Assembly: GCA_035479795.1 (NCBI GenBank)
Contig: DATIII010000001.1
Coordinates: 7,087 to 71,086 of the forward strand
DNA length: 64,000 nt
From: Candidatus Saccharimonadales bacterium
GTDB taxonomy: Bacteria; Patescibacteriota; Saccharimonadia; UBA4664; SCTI01
Direction of reading: 5' to 3'
Part shown: positions 10,553 through 21,137 of the stretch, one piece after another
Numbering within the stretch: the first letter of the stretch is position 1
How the letters are laid out: each line of letters starts with the position of its first letter
The notes under the pieces: generated by a model
Databases searched by the model: none
Seen by the model: the letters and a program-made list of their open reading frames with translations, nothing else
Told to the model about the DNA's origin: nothing
Program-made: the position numbers and the translations under genes

Positions 10553-10788
10553 TATATATCATTCCTGTTAGATAATATTTGAGGCTTTCATATTTGAGTA
10601 GAGTCCAAGGAATCACGAGTACCGCCGCGAGACGTACCAATTGTACGTTGAGCGAGGAGCGCAAATGATGACGAAGGAATCTGCCAAAGATGCAAGCCGA
10701 TCTGGGTCAGGAGATGGGACGTGTCTTAAGCACCAGCGACACGTCCCATGGGTTGGAAGCTCTTTTTATTTGTGCCTGACCTACCATC

Positions 10789-10818
10789 AGCATAACCGAA
10801 CAAAAACCGAACTGTCAA
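10789..10818 (-). promoter_or_regulatory. recA promoter with putative LexA box GTTC-N7-GTTC in the spacer
   Basis: TTGACA-N18-TATGCT enclosing GTTCGGTTTTTGTTC (10798-10812). Confidence 0.65.
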
Positions 10819-10838
10819 TAATTTTGTATAATCCAGGT

Positions 10839-11369
10839 ATGCGAGTCTTCATTGCCATCCCAGTAGCCAATCAACTGAATTCAAAAATCGAGGTCTTCCA
10901 TGCCCAGCCCTTATTCCAGCAAAATATGCGGCCTTCGCACGTCGAACCGCACATTACCCTTAAGGCTCCCCAAATTGTGGACGATGTGCAGCAATGGATG
11001 GCAACAGCAACTGAGGCGATTCGCGGCCATGCCCCTCTTTCCATCAAAGGGATTAAAATCGATTTTATTACTCCGCACACTCTCGCGCTGTTTCTTGAGC
11101 CCGATCCATTGCAAGACCTTCAGAGGTCGCTGGCAACTGCTCTGGCCGCTTATAATTCCGCCGGGATCGATCGTCATGAGGTCAACTTCCATCCCCATGT
11201 CACTATCGGACGCAGCGACCATCGGTTTAATACCCCCCAGCAGGGCGAACTAATCCGCTTGGCAGAATCTTTCCTGGAGCCTTATCCCACACTTCAGCTT
11301 AACCTCGTGCGGCTTTACGCCCACGATGGCCACCGTTACTACGGCATTAAGGATATTAAGCTGCCTTAA
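10839..11369 (+). CDS. 2H phosphoesterase (RNA 2',3'-cyclic phosphodiesterase / 2'-5' RNA ligase family)
   Basis: MRVFIAIP start; two HxT motifs (PHITL, PHVTI). Confidence 0.85.
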   Translation: MRVFIAIPVANQLNSKIEVFHAQPLFQQNMRPSHVEPHITLKAPQIVDDVQQWMATATEAIRGHAPLSIKGIKIDFITPHTLALFLEPDPLQDLQRSLATALAAYNSAGIDRHEVNFHPHVTIGRSDHRFNTPQQGELIRLAESFLEPYPTLQLNLVRLYAHDGHRYYGIKDIKLP

Positions 11370-11863
11370 CGGTAATTATTAAAGTCGAGCGGAAAATCGA
11401 GGTCTTGAGCCTTTAAGTGAACAATAATTCCCTGCAGCTCGTCACGGCTGGAGCTAGAAACCCGCACACTCTCGCCTTGGACCTGGGCCTTGGCCTTGGG
11501 ATAGGCTTCACGAATCAGCTTGGTGATCTTTTTTGCCTTTTCCTGATCTAGACCCTTTTTAAACTTAATTGCCCAACGCATGGTCATACCACCTTGCACC
11601 GGCTCGGACGATAAATCGAGAACTTTAATGGATATGTCGCGGCGTAGCAGCTTGGTCTGCAGCATGTCGACAATTGAATCTAGCTGATTTTTGCTGTCAC
11701 CCTCAATCTGCACACCGACTTTGTCCGCCATAAACTCAATTTTGGCGCTGGTACCCTTAAAGTCGTAACGGGTGGCCAGCTCCCGCTGAGCCTGGTCGAC
11801 CGCGTTGGTCATTTCGCCCGGGTCATAATCACTGACGACATCGAATGATGAATCTTTAGCCAT
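11366..11863 (-). CDS. yajQ: YajQ family nucleotide-binding protein
   Basis: SFDVVS, NAVDQA, RYDFKG, QVQGESVRV, LDFNNYR. Confidence 0.93.
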   Translation of the reverse strand: MAKDSSFDVVSDYDPGEMTNAVDQAQRELATRYDFKGTSAKIEFMADKVGVQIEGDSKNQLDSIVDMLQTKLLRRDISIKVLDLSSEPVQGGMTMRWAIKFKKGLDQEKAKKITKLIREAYPKAKAQVQGESVRVSSSSRDELQGIIVHLKAQDLDFPLDFNNYR

Positions 11864-11919
11864 GCAGACAGGATAGCAGCAAGGGTCCGACCTGGAAAGT
11901 CGGACCCTCTGGTCGGGTC

Positions 11920-12216
11920 TCAGTCCGTATCTTCTGGTTCCGTTAGGCGAACTCGCAAACGGTTATTGAGCTCGAAGACGCCGTCTTCAATCAGCTCACA
12001 AAGCGCAATCATCTTGATAGGCCCCTCTTCATCCAGAATTCGATTAGCCTGAGCTCGCAGCTCATCAGCCGCCAGCCAGCCGTCCCCCGGCTTATCAATT
12101 GGCGCACCGCACTTAGTACACGCCCAACCAGTCTCTGGATCCGCTGCTGCGATCAAGTGCCACTTGTAGGCATCGACTCTGACCTTCAGCTCAGCCAGTC
12201 CGGGCTCGTCTTCCAT
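11920..12216 (-). CDS. Orphan Zn-ribbon/winged-helix-like protein (98 aa)
   Basis: CTKCG; C-terminal ALCELIEDGVFELNNRLRVRL similar to neighbour. Confidence 0.6.
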   Translation of the reverse strand: MEDEPGLAELKVRVDAYKWHLIAAADPETGWACTKCGAPIDKPGDGWLAADELRAQANRILDEEGPIKMIALCELIEDGVFELNNRLRVRLTEPEDTD

Positions 12217-12493
12217 ACTGCCCCTTTCGTTTGAGTCGCACCTTCAGCGACTTCTTATTGACCTCAACGATCCCCTCGTCGATCAGATCGTGCATTGCCA
12301 GGCCCATGGAGCCGGCACTCTGTCGGTCGCGAGCGATGGTCCGGATATCCCAAGAGGTATACCACCGCTTGCCTCGTCGGTAGGTACTGCCACAGTCGGG
12401 GCAGAGTCGTTCGACCAAGGGATCAAGTTCGGCCACAATGGCCCGCTTGGCTGACTCAATCTCCCGCTGTAGCGCCAAACTTGTGGCGTCCAT
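12191..12493 (-). CDS. Orphan Zn-ribbon/winged-helix-like protein (100 aa), paralog of 11920-12216
   Basis: CPDCG; AMHDLIDEGIVEVNKKSLKVRL; SD GAAAGGA. Confidence 0.6.
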   Translation of the reverse strand: MDATSLALQREIESAKRAIVAELDPLVERLCPDCGSTYRRGKRWYTSWDIRTIARDRQSAGSMGLAMHDLIDEGIVEVNKKSLKVRLKRKGQYGRRARTG

Positions 12494-12618
12494 ATTGTCC
12501 TTTCAAGGTTCAGGGTGAACTTACAGCCTAATAATTGCGCTTCTACATGAGCGAAAAAAGTCGAAAGACTTTGACTCAAAAGAGGTTTGAGTTAATGGCT
12601 CTGGTTGACAGTTAGGGG

Positions 12619-13587
12619 CTACTGAAACTGGGTGTCTTTGGCGAATTCAAGGTCGTTTTTTGGCTTATCAGAGCTACCGAGCGAACCAAAGTCCTTATTT
12701 GCAACTACCGAATTGGTGATAGTCAGCTGGGTGGCCTTGGCGTTGCCAGTCGAGATAACTAGCTTGGTTTTGCCGCGAAAAACCTGGATCGTACCTGGCA
12801 GCATGGTGCCATGGAAGGTGTTGCCGCCATCAGTGGTCACCGTAATGGACGTCGCCACATCCTTGATCTGGATACTAACCGCCACGCCATCAAAAACCTC
12901 AGTCGGTAGAGTCTGCGACGCATCGAGCTTGGGCACATGCGCCAGAATATTACGAGTCACAACTGTAGTTTTACCCAAACGATTCTTAGCCGTGACCTTA
13001 ATGGCATTCACGCCGTCCTGCAGGGCAATAGAATCGGTAAAATTACCCCCAGCGTCAGTTAGAATCGGCGAATCGTTGACATAAACATCGGCCCCGCTGC
13101 CAACATGACCACTGACTTCAATCAAGCTACCATAGAGCTCTTGGTCTTTGGTTGGAGCTTTGACGTTCAAATCAGGAGCCGCTGTTAGGGCGCTAAATTG
13201 CCAGATTAAATACCCTACAATGCCGATCAAGGCGACAGCCGACCCTAACCCTGTTAGCAGCCTGGGAGTCAGCAAAATCCGGGGTCGCACCAAGCGGGTA
13301 GCCTGGCGACGCAGTTGCACCTCGGCCTGCCCCCGCTCCTGATCATAGGTCGCTAATATTTCTTCTGGATCCAGCCCGACAGCCCGAGCATAGGAACTAA
13401 TAAATCCGCGCGAATAGACATCATGGGGCAGCTCTTCATATTTAGCGGCCTCAATCGCCCGCAGATATTTACCACGAACCCTCGTAGACAACTCAATCTC
13501 ACGCAGGCTCAGGTCCTTTTCGACCCTAGCCGCCGCCAGCTTTTGCCCAATGTTTTGGGTCTCGTGCGCTGCTTTCTTCTTTGCCAT
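12619..13587 (-). CDS. RodZ-like HTH membrane protein
   Basis: N-terminal HTH (IGQKL..R...LS, YLRAIE, YSRGFISSYA), TM helix, Ig-like C-terminus; next to ftsK. Confidence 0.8.
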   Translation of the reverse strand: MAKKKAAHETQNIGQKLAAARVEKDLSLREIELSTRVRGKYLRAIEAAKYEELPHDVYSRGFISSYARAVGLDPEEILATYDQERGQAEVQLRRQATRLVRPRILLTPRLLTGLGSAVALIGIVGYLIWQFSALTAAPDLNVKAPTKDQELYGSLIEVSGHVGSGADVYVNDSPILTDAGGNFTDSIALQDGVNAIKVTAKNRLGKTTVVTRNILAHVPKLDASQTLPTEVFDGVAVSIQIKDVATSITVTTDGGNTFHGTMLPGTIQVFRGKTKLVISTGNAKATQLTITNSVVANKDFGSLGSSDKPKNDLEFAKDTQFQ

Positions 13588-13618
13588 AACTACCAGGTTA
13601 GCACACCTGATAAGTTAA

Positions 13619-15712
13619 TTATTCGAAATCTTCGGCTTCGCCGCTGGTTTCGCTCAAACTTGAGACCAGAACATTACGCGGCCTGGCGCCGTCGGCCGGC
13701 CCCACAATCCCCCGCTCCTCCAGCAAGTCGAGTAGCCGAGCCGCGCGGGCGTAACCAACCCGTAGTCGACGCTGTAGCAAGCTGGCTGAGGCCTTGCCGG
13801 TACGAATAACTTCTTCGGCTGCTTGCTCGAACATGTCGTCGTCGGCATCACCAAAGTCGCCAATGCCACCGCTGCGACCACCGACATTAACCGGCTGGGC
13901 CAGCACTTCTTCGTTATACTGCGGCTGACGGGCTCCGCGCAGATAATCCGTGATTGGCTTGGTTTCTTTTTCATTAGTTAACACACCTTGAATCCGCCGT
14001 GGCTTGGGCGATTCGGCACTGGCAAACAGCATGTCGCCCTTGCCCAGCAGCTTTTCGGCCCCACCTTGGTCCAAAATGGTCCGCGAATCAACGTTTGACG
14101 CCACCCGGAAGGCAATGCGGGCCGGAATATTGGCCTTAATCAGGCCGGTAATAACATTGACGCTGGGACGCTGGGTCGCCAGCACCAAGTGAATTCCGGC
14201 AGCGCGAGCTAGTTGAGCTAGCCGGACGATTAGAGCCTCAACATCGCCGGCTGCCAGCATCATCAAGTCGGCCATTTCATCGATGACGATGACGATGTAG
14301 GGCATGCTCTCTTCCTTATGAGAAGTGTTGTACTCATGAATATTGCGATTGCCAACCTCGGCAAACAGCTTCAGTCGGCGCTCCATCTCCGCCACCGCCC
14401 ACTTCAGAGCCGAAATACACTTTTCCGGATCTACAATCACCGGAGTAAGTAGATGCGGCACATCGTTATAGAGGTTTAGCTCGACTCGCTTTGGGTCCAC
14501 TAGAATGAGCTTGAGCTGGGCCGGTGAATTTCGATATAGCAAGCTGGTGAGGAACGAATTAATCATCACCGACTTACCCGCGCCGGTCGCACCAGCGATT
14601 AAAAGGTGCGGCATGCTGGCCAAATCGGCCACCGCCGGATGACCGGAAACATCGCGCCCAAGCACAAAGGTTAGGGGCGACTTGACGTCGGTAAACTCAT
14701 CACTCTTAAATATCTCCTTCATGCGGACTGAAGCGGCCGCCTTATTCGGAATCTCCACGCCCACGGCGCTCTTGCCGGGAATTGGCGCCTCCACGCGAAT
14801 GGCCGGAGCAGCCAGCGCCAGCGCCAGGTTATGCTCTAGGCCGGTAATTTTATTCAGTTTCACCCCACTCGATGGCTTCAGGGTGTACTGAGTGACCGTA
14901 GGGCCGACATTAACCTCGCCCATGGCCACATCGATACCGAAGCTTGAAAGCGTATTTTGAATAATGGCGGCGTTTTCTTTGACGTTGCCGGCATTGGGCT
15001 TGGTAGTAGAATCATCCAGCAGGTCGAGCGAGGGCGGCGTCCAGTCTGGATCCGCCACCGCCACCAGGGCGGCTTCGTCCACCTTTTTCGGCTCCTTGCG
15101 ATTACCACCAAGCGTGCCGCGGATCTCTAGGGCTGGGGCGCCAGCCGGTTCGTTAATCTGTATTTCTTCCTTAGGCCCGCGGACAAAGAAGGCCTTGATC
15201 CGCGCCATGAGATCACTTAAACGAGTATTAGCCGCCACAATTACGCAGATTATTAGCAGAGCAAACAAGATAATTGTGGAGGCCGCCACGTTCAGAATGG
15301 TCAGGAATAAACTATCCAGCCCGTACCCGACTAGTCCCCCACCCAAGCCCTGATTGGCCACATTCATGGCATCTGTCTTGTCGACACCAATGTGTAGCAA
15401 GCCGCTTAAGAAAATGACAAAGCCAGTGAAGCCAACGTAGTTATGAGCCTGGACTTCATATTTGGCGGGCTGGAATAACATGAAGGCAATCAGCAGGAAG
15501 ATCAGTGGCAGCAAGTAGGCACTGAAGCCAATTAGAAACTTTAGTCCGCCGAACAACCCCGTAGCCAAGACTCCACCAAAGCTAAACATGGCAAAGATTA
15601 AGAGCAATGAAAATGCTACGAGCAGCACGGCCACGATCTCACGTGCCACACCCTCATTTAGATTGGGCTTGAGGCTGATTGTTGGAACTTTGCTTTTTTT
15701 ACGCCGGGCCAT
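13619..15712 (-). CDS. ftsK: DNA translocase FtsK
   Basis: 4 TM N-terminus; PHLLIAGATGAGKS; LATQRPS; gamma domain LQRRLRVGYARAARL. Confidence 0.97.
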   Translation of the reverse strand: MARRKKSKVPTISLKPNLNEGVAREIVAVLLVAFSLLLIFAMFSFGGVLATGLFGGLKFLIGFSAYLLPLIFLLIAFMLFQPAKYEVQAHNYVGFTGFVIFLSGLLHIGVDKTDAMNVANQGLGGGLVGYGLDSLFLTILNVAASTIILFALLIICVIVAANTRLSDLMARIKAFFVRGPKEEIQINEPAGAPALEIRGTLGGNRKEPKKVDEAALVAVADPDWTPPSLDLLDDSTTKPNAGNVKENAAIIQNTLSSFGIDVAMGEVNVGPTVTQYTLKPSSGVKLNKITGLEHNLALALAAPAIRVEAPIPGKSAVGVEIPNKAAASVRMKEIFKSDEFTDVKSPLTFVLGRDVSGHPAVADLASMPHLLIAGATGAGKSVMINSFLTSLLYRNSPAQLKLILVDPKRVELNLYNDVPHLLTPVIVDPEKCISALKWAVAEMERRLKLFAEVGNRNIHEYNTSHKEESMPYIVIVIDEMADLMMLAAGDVEALIVRLAQLARAAGIHLVLATQRPSVNVITGLIKANIPARIAFRVASNVDSRTILDQGGAEKLLGKGDMLFASAESPKPRRIQGVLTNEKETKPITDYLRGARQPQYNEEVLAQPVNVGGRSGGIGDFGDADDDMFEQAAEEVIRTGKASASLLQRRLRVGYARAARLLDLLEERGIVGPADGARPRNVLVSSLSETSGEAEDFE

Positions 15713-15747
15713 ATCTGTTACATTATACCGCTTTTGCTACACGACTG

Positions 15748-17712
15748 CTATGCGGCGGGCGAGGGGCTTTTGCCAGAATCGACTTCGTTGACCACTGGCA
15801 GGATCATTGGGTTGCGCTTGGTCTTGGAGTACAGGAAGTCACCAATGTCATCACGCAGGCTGAGTTTAAAGCGCTGCCAGTCGGTCGGCTGGTTCTTGTT
15901 GCGACGCTCAAAGGACTTACGGATTTCTAGCCGCACTCGGCCAATCAGCTCCTCGCTCTCCTTCATATGCACAAATCCGCGGCTGATAATATCAGGGCTG
16001 GTCAGCAACCGGCCAGTCTTTTTATCAACGGTGGCAATAATCACCACCATGCCGTCGGATCCGAGCGCCAAACGATCGCGTAGTACCAAGTTTTCGACGT
16101 CTCCAATACCGGAACCATCGATTAGTACAATGCCGCTTTCCACCCTATCTCCCTTTTTGGCAGATGTTGCGGAGATCTCCAACACATCGCCGTTGTCCAT
16201 CACGAAGGAATTGGCCGAGGCCACGCCACTCTTCACCCCTAACTCGGCATGGCGCACTAACATATGGAACTCACCGTGAACTGGCATAAAGTATTTAGGC
16301 TTCGTTAGAGTAATTAGCTTAGCCAGGTCGTCCTGAGGAGCGTGACCAGAAACATGAAGGATGCCAATACCATCAAGATCGCGCAGAGAATGTTGATAAA
16401 CCCGAGCGCCTTCGCGCATCAGCGCGTCGATGCTGCCAACCACGGCCTTCTCATTGCCCGGAATTGGATTGGAGCTTAAGACTATGGCATCACCCGGCTT
16501 GATTTTGACATGGGGGTGGTCGCCAGTGCTCATTCGAGACAGAGCGGAGTTAACCTCGCCCTGAGAACCGGTGCAGAGAATGGCAATTTTGTCGTCTTTT
16601 AACTTAACGCCATCTTGTACTCGCATAATCAATCCGGGCGGGACTTTAATATAGCCAAGCTTAACTGCCAGCTCGACATTGGCCAGCATAGAGCGGCCAA
16701 TAAAGGCCAGCTTACGGCCGGATTTCTGAGCTGAGTTAATAATCAGCTGCACGCGAGTCAGTGAGCTGGAAAAAGTCGAAATAATCACCCGTCCGCCGCT
16801 GCGCTTAAAGATCTCATCGAAGGTGGCTTCGATGTCTTTCTCGACCGGAGTCGCACCCAAACGCTCGGAAGCCGTTGAGTCGCTCATGAGCAGCAGCACA
16901 TTCTCTTTCCCAATCTCTTCAAACCGATCAAGGTCCATAAATTTACCATCAATCGGAGCGGTATCGAGCCTCCAGTCGCCGGTGTGAATCAATGTGCCAA
17001 TCGGCGTGCGAATTATTGCCGCCGCCGCATCTGGGATGGAGTGCGTGACCCGTACCAGTTCAACATTGAAGACCCCAACCTGCACTCGCTCATGCTTATC
17101 TGGGTCCATTACGCGAAACTGTGGCTGGCTTTTAAGCCGAAACTCCTCAATCTGCTTTTCAACCATGGCCAAGCTGAGCCGGGTACCATAAATCGGCACC
17201 TGCATCTTTGGGAGCACATAGCCGGCGGCACCAATATGGTCCATGTGACCATGGGTAATGATAACGCCACGTAGCTTGTGCATATTTTTCTCGATGTAGG
17301 TTATATCGGGAATAATGTAGTCGATCCCTGGCTGATTTTCATCAGGGAAGGCAAACCCGAAATCAACAATAATCATGTCGTTTTCGTACTCTATCGCCAT
17401 CATGTTTTTACCAACTTCGCCCAGTCCGCCCAGCGGAATTACCCGCAGCTTGGGCTCTCGGGTAACTTGGTTGGCCTTACGCGCCTGGACCTGAGTGGTT
17501 TGCTCGCCGCCAGCACCGTTGTAAACCGATTTATTAACCGGCACGGTTGGCGCCTGCATTAGCTTAGCAGCCTGCGGGTTCGCCTGGCGCTGACGCCGTT
17601 GGCGCGCACCATTTGAGTTACGAGGACCCGATTTGGCATTGCCATTCGACCCACCTGCCGGGCGAGCCGGCTTATCGTTTGTCACTTGTGGCTTATTTTC
17701 TTTTGGTTGCAT
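15748..17712 (-). CDS. rnj: Ribonuclease J
   Basis: PLGGLGEVGKNM, THGHMDHIGA, HVSGH, PVHGE. Confidence 0.96.
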   Translation of the reverse strand: MQPKENKPQVTNDKPARPAGGSNGNAKSGPRNSNGARQRRQRQANPQAAKLMQAPTVPVNKSVYNGAGGEQTTQVQARKANQVTREPKLRVIPLGGLGEVGKNMMAIEYENDMIIVDFGFAFPDENQPGIDYIIPDITYIEKNMHKLRGVIITHGHMDHIGAAGYVLPKMQVPIYGTRLSLAMVEKQIEEFRLKSQPQFRVMDPDKHERVQVGVFNVELVRVTHSIPDAAAAIIRTPIGTLIHTGDWRLDTAPIDGKFMDLDRFEEIGKENVLLLMSDSTASERLGATPVEKDIEATFDEIFKRSGGRVIISTFSSSLTRVQLIINSAQKSGRKLAFIGRSMLANVELAVKLGYIKVPPGLIMRVQDGVKLKDDKIAILCTGSQGEVNSALSRMSTGDHPHVKIKPGDAIVLSSNPIPGNEKAVVGSIDALMREGARVYQHSLRDLDGIGILHVSGHAPQDDLAKLITLTKPKYFMPVHGEFHMLVRHAELGVKSGVASANSFVMDNGDVLEISATSAKKGDRVESGIVLIDGSGIGDVENLVLRDRLALGSDGMVVIIATVDKKTGRLLTSPDIISRGFVHMKESEELIGRVRLEIRKSFERRNKNQPTDWQRFKLSLRDDIGDFLYSKTKRNPMILPVVNEVDSGKSPSPAA

Positions 17713-17763
17713 TAATTAATATTCCTTTCGTTAATATTTGTTCGGCAATCGCCGAATAATTGC

Positions 17764-18324
17764 TTAGATTTTTTCCAAGATCTTAGGGATGTTGGCAAAA
17801 TCATCCATTAATTGCTGCCTCATGCCCCCGTTATAAAGGGCAGCTGCCGGGTGATAAAGCGGTAAAAACACTTTGCCATCCTTGCGGAACGCCCGACCGT
17901 GAGCCTGGCTGATCCGCAGCTCGGGCAGGAAGACGTTCATGGAATGTCGGCCCAGGAAAACGATCAGCTTTGGCTGAATGATCTCCAGTTGAGTCTCCAG
18001 AAACGGCATAAAGGCCGCCTTCTCCTCCGGCAGTGGATCGCGGTTACCGGGCGGGCGGTATTTCACAATATTAGTGATATAAATGTCGCTCCGCTCCAGT
18101 CCGATACTGGCCAGCATTTCGTTCAAGAATTTGCCGGCTGCCCCCACAAAGGGAATGCCTTGCTCATCCTCTTTGGCCCCAGGGGCCTCGCCGATGAAAA
18201 CAATGTCTGCATCGGGATTGCCGTCCCCCATCACCAATTGCTTGGCCCCAGCCGCCAACTCGGGAGTGATTTTCTTGTCGATAATCTCCCGCGCTAGCTG
18301 GTCGAGCTGGTCCTGCTTGTTCAT
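17764..18324 (-). CDS. Uracil-DNA glycosylase, family 4
   Basis: GEAPG, PFVGAAG, YITNIVKYRPPGNRDP, YHPAA. Confidence 0.92.
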   Translation of the reverse strand: MNKQDQLDQLAREIIDKKITPELAAGAKQLVMGDGNPDADIVFIGEAPGAKEDEQGIPFVGAAGKFLNEMLASIGLERSDIYITNIVKYRPPGNRDPLPEEKAAFMPFLETQLEIIQPKLIVFLGRHSMNVFLPELRISQAHGRAFRKDGKVFLPLYHPAAALYNGGMRQQLMDDFANIPKILEKI

Positions 18325-18346
18325 CTAATTCAATGTACTCCCACAA

Positions 18347-18408
18347 TGTCATCTCGAACGCTAGTCGAGAGATCTTTCAACAGATGCCTCGAGTCCCTCG
18401 ACATGACA
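18347..18408. repeat. REP-like palindromic repeat (GTCAT...ATGAC family); other copies 20652-20715, 23258-23314, 28596-28664, 63857-63884
   Basis: Shared GTCATYCTGAGCGAAG(T)CGAAGGATC core and ATGAC ends, intergenic positions. Confidence 0.75.
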
Positions 18409-18409
18409 A

Positions 18410-20554
18410 TTAGGCTTTGGCGGCCTTGATACTCAAATTGGCTCTACCCTTATCATCAATCTCCATCAGCTTCACAGCCACCTCGTCACCCTCTTTCAGT
18501 TCATCAGAAACTCTCTCTACCCGATGATCAGCAATCTGCGAAACATGAACTAAGCCGTCTTTACCAGGCATAAACTGCACAAAGGCGCCAAACTCCATAA
18601 TCTTCACCACCCGGCCTTTATAGATCTTGCCGACTTCCGGCCGGGCAGTCAGCCGCTCAATCCAAGCCATGGCCTCCTTGGCCGCCTCGCCACTGGTGCT
18701 GGCAATCATCACCAAACCGCTGTCTTCGATATCAATCTCCACCCCGGTTTCGGCAATAATCTTATTGATCGTCTCGCCGCCCTTTCCGATCACATCCTTA
18801 ATTGAATCTGGGCTGATCATCATCTTCGAAATACGCGGCGCATGGTCCGCCAACTCGGCCCGCGGCTTATCGATGACTCCCAACATCTTGCTCATAATGT
18901 GAGCGCGGCCGTCCTTGGCCTGAGCCAAGGCCTGCTTCATAACTTCGGGGGTAATCCCTTTGACTTTAATATCCATTTGCAGCGCCGTAATGCCGTCCTC
19001 GGTACCGGCTACCTTAAAGTCCATGTCACCGGCAAAGTCCTCGGCACCCTGAATGTCAGAGAGGATAACGTACTTACCGTCATCGCCCAGTACCAAGCCC
19101 ATGGCAATACCGGCCACCGGCTTTTTAATAGGCACACCGGCATCCATCAAACTCATGGTCGAGCCGCAAACGCTGGCCATGGAGGTGGAGCCGTTGGAGG
19201 CGATGGCCTCGGAAACGGTCCGGATGGTGTATGGAAAGTCTTCCACCTCAGGTATTACTGGCAGCAAGGCCCGTTCAGCCAAAGCCCCGTGGCCAATTTC
19301 GCGCCGACCTGGGCTGCGCATGGGTCGCACCTCACCAGTCGAATAGCCCGGAAAGTTGTAGTGGTGCATGTAGCGCTTCTGGGTATCCTGCTCCATGGTA
19401 TCAATCAACTGAGCATAGCTGGTCGAAGCCAGCGTAGTAATGTTTAGCACCTGGGTGGTACCGCGGGTAAACAAACCCGATCCGTGAGCTCGGGGAATCA
19501 GCCCTACCTCACCACTAATCGGCCGGATCTGCACCGGATCACGACCGTCTGGACGCGCATTGTCATCCAGAATGGCTCGTCGAATCTCTTTATCAATCAC
19601 TTTGCCGAAGGCCGTTTCGATATCATCAGGGCTAAACTGCCCACCCTCGGCACCATGATCACCTTCTTCTATCCCCGCGCCATATTTGTCCATTACCTCG
19701 CGCCGCAGGTTTTTAATGGCATCATGACGCAAATACTGGTTTTCGTGGCGAATGGCCTGGCCGAGCCGGTCTTTTAGATAGCCATTGATCAGCGCCTCAG
19801 CATCCTTATTGTGATGGTGCAGCTCATATTCTTTAGGTTGGACATCAAGCTCTTGCTTTATCTGCTCTTGCAATTCAATGACTGGCTGAATCGATTTATG
19901 GGCCAGCTCAATAGCCTCAACCATGGTGGCTTCGTCCACTTGGTCGGCGCCGGCTTCGACCATCATGATGGCGTCCTTGGTACCGGCCACCACAAGGTCT
20001 AGATCGCTCTTCTCCATCTCCTCGTAGGTTGGGTAGGCAATCAACTTGCCGCCGACGCGAGCCACATGAACACCAGCCACGGGGCCGTCAAACGGAGCGC
20101 CGGAAATCATCAGAGCGCTGGAGGCGGCAATCATGCCGATGACGTCAGGGCTGTGCACCATGTCGACACTCAAGACGGTCGCCACGGCCTGGATATCATT
20201 ACGATAGCCCTTCGGAAACAGTGGACGGATTGGCCGATCAATTAAGCGAGCCGTTAAGGTAGCCTGCTCACTGGCCCGACCCTCGCGCTTGAGAAAGCGA
20301 CTTCCAGAAATCTTACCGGCTGCATACATTCTTTCTTCGTAATCGATTAGTAGCGGAAAGAAGTCGATGCCATCACGCGGGCTATTGGCCACCACGGCCG
20401 TTCCAAGCACCATGGTGTCGCCATAAGTTACCGTTACGGCGCCATCGGCTAGAAAGGCCATTTTGCCAGTTTCAATCTTTAACTTGCGTCCGCAGAACTC
20501 CGTCTCGAACACACGGGTTTTACCACCAAACGGGTGGATTATTTGTTGACTCAT
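18410..20554 (-). CDS. pnp: Polyribonucleotide nucleotidyltransferase
   Basis: RLIDRPIRPLF, RREIGHGALA, SNGSTSMASVC, KH and S1 domains. Confidence 0.98.
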   Translation of the reverse strand: MSQQIIHPFGGKTRVFETEFCGRKLKIETGKMAFLADGAVTVTYGDTMVLGTAVVANSPRDGIDFFPLLIDYEERMYAAGKISGSRFLKREGRASEQATLTARLIDRPIRPLFPKGYRNDIQAVATVLSVDMVHSPDVIGMIAASSALMISGAPFDGPVAGVHVARVGGKLIAYPTYEEMEKSDLDLVVAGTKDAIMMVEAGADQVDEATMVEAIELAHKSIQPVIELQEQIKQELDVQPKEYELHHHNKDAEALINGYLKDRLGQAIRHENQYLRHDAIKNLRREVMDKYGAGIEEGDHGAEGGQFSPDDIETAFGKVIDKEIRRAILDDNARPDGRDPVQIRPISGEVGLIPRAHGSGLFTRGTTQVLNITTLASTSYAQLIDTMEQDTQKRYMHHYNFPGYSTGEVRPMRSPGRREIGHGALAERALLPVIPEVEDFPYTIRTVSEAIASNGSTSMASVCGSTMSLMDAGVPIKKPVAGIAMGLVLGDDGKYVILSDIQGAEDFAGDMDFKVAGTEDGITALQMDIKVKGITPEVMKQALAQAKDGRAHIMSKMLGVIDKPRAELADHAPRISKMMISPDSIKDVIGKGGETINKIIAETGVEIDIEDSGLVMIASTSGEAAKEAMAWIERLTARPEVGKIYKGRVVKIMEFGAFVQFMPGKDGLVHVSQIADHRVERVSDELKEGDEVAVKLMEIDDKGRANLSIKAAKA

Positions 20555-20716
20555 AGTCTCCTATTCTTGGGTGCGAATCAGGGGCAAGAGATTAAATTTT
20601 AATCCCAAAACTCTAACCCGTACCCACCTATTAATTACTCTCAGTGACTAATGTCATTCTGAGCGAAGTCGAAGAATCTTTGGCTTAAGATCCCTCCACC
20701 CCATTCGGGATGACAG

Positions 20717-20983
20717 TTACCTTCGGAGGTTCAATTTCTTAAGTATACCTTCGTAACGCTTCTGGTCGTTTTTCGAGAGGTAATCTAGCAAGCGGCGGCG
20801 CTTACCTACCATTTTCAGCAATCCACGGCGTGAATGCTCATCCTTTTTGTGGATCTGCAAGTGCTTGGTCAGCTCGGTAATTTTAGTCGTAAAAATACCG
20901 ATCTGCACCTCTGGTGAGCCGGTGTCTTTCTTATGTGTTTGATTAGCCGTAATAACTTTTTTCTTGGCTTCAGCTTTTAACAT
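20717..20983 (-). CDS. rpsO: 30S ribosomal protein S15
   Basis: [29 protein letters not shown]. Confidence 0.97.
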   Translation of the reverse strand: MLKAEAKKKVITANQTHKKDTGSPEVQIGIFTTKITELTKHLQIHKKDEHSRRGLLKMVGKRRRLLDYLSKNDQKRYEGILKKLNLRR

Positions 20984-21137
20984 AACGGGATAATACTAAC
21001 ATTTCTCCAGGTTAGGCGCAACTATTTTGCGACGGATTTGAACAATATTTTTATTCAAATTTCTTATGCTTCTAACCTGATCAAACAGCCAAAATGGGAT
21101 CGCGGAGGCTCTTTCGAGCCCCCGCTCCCCACTACAA

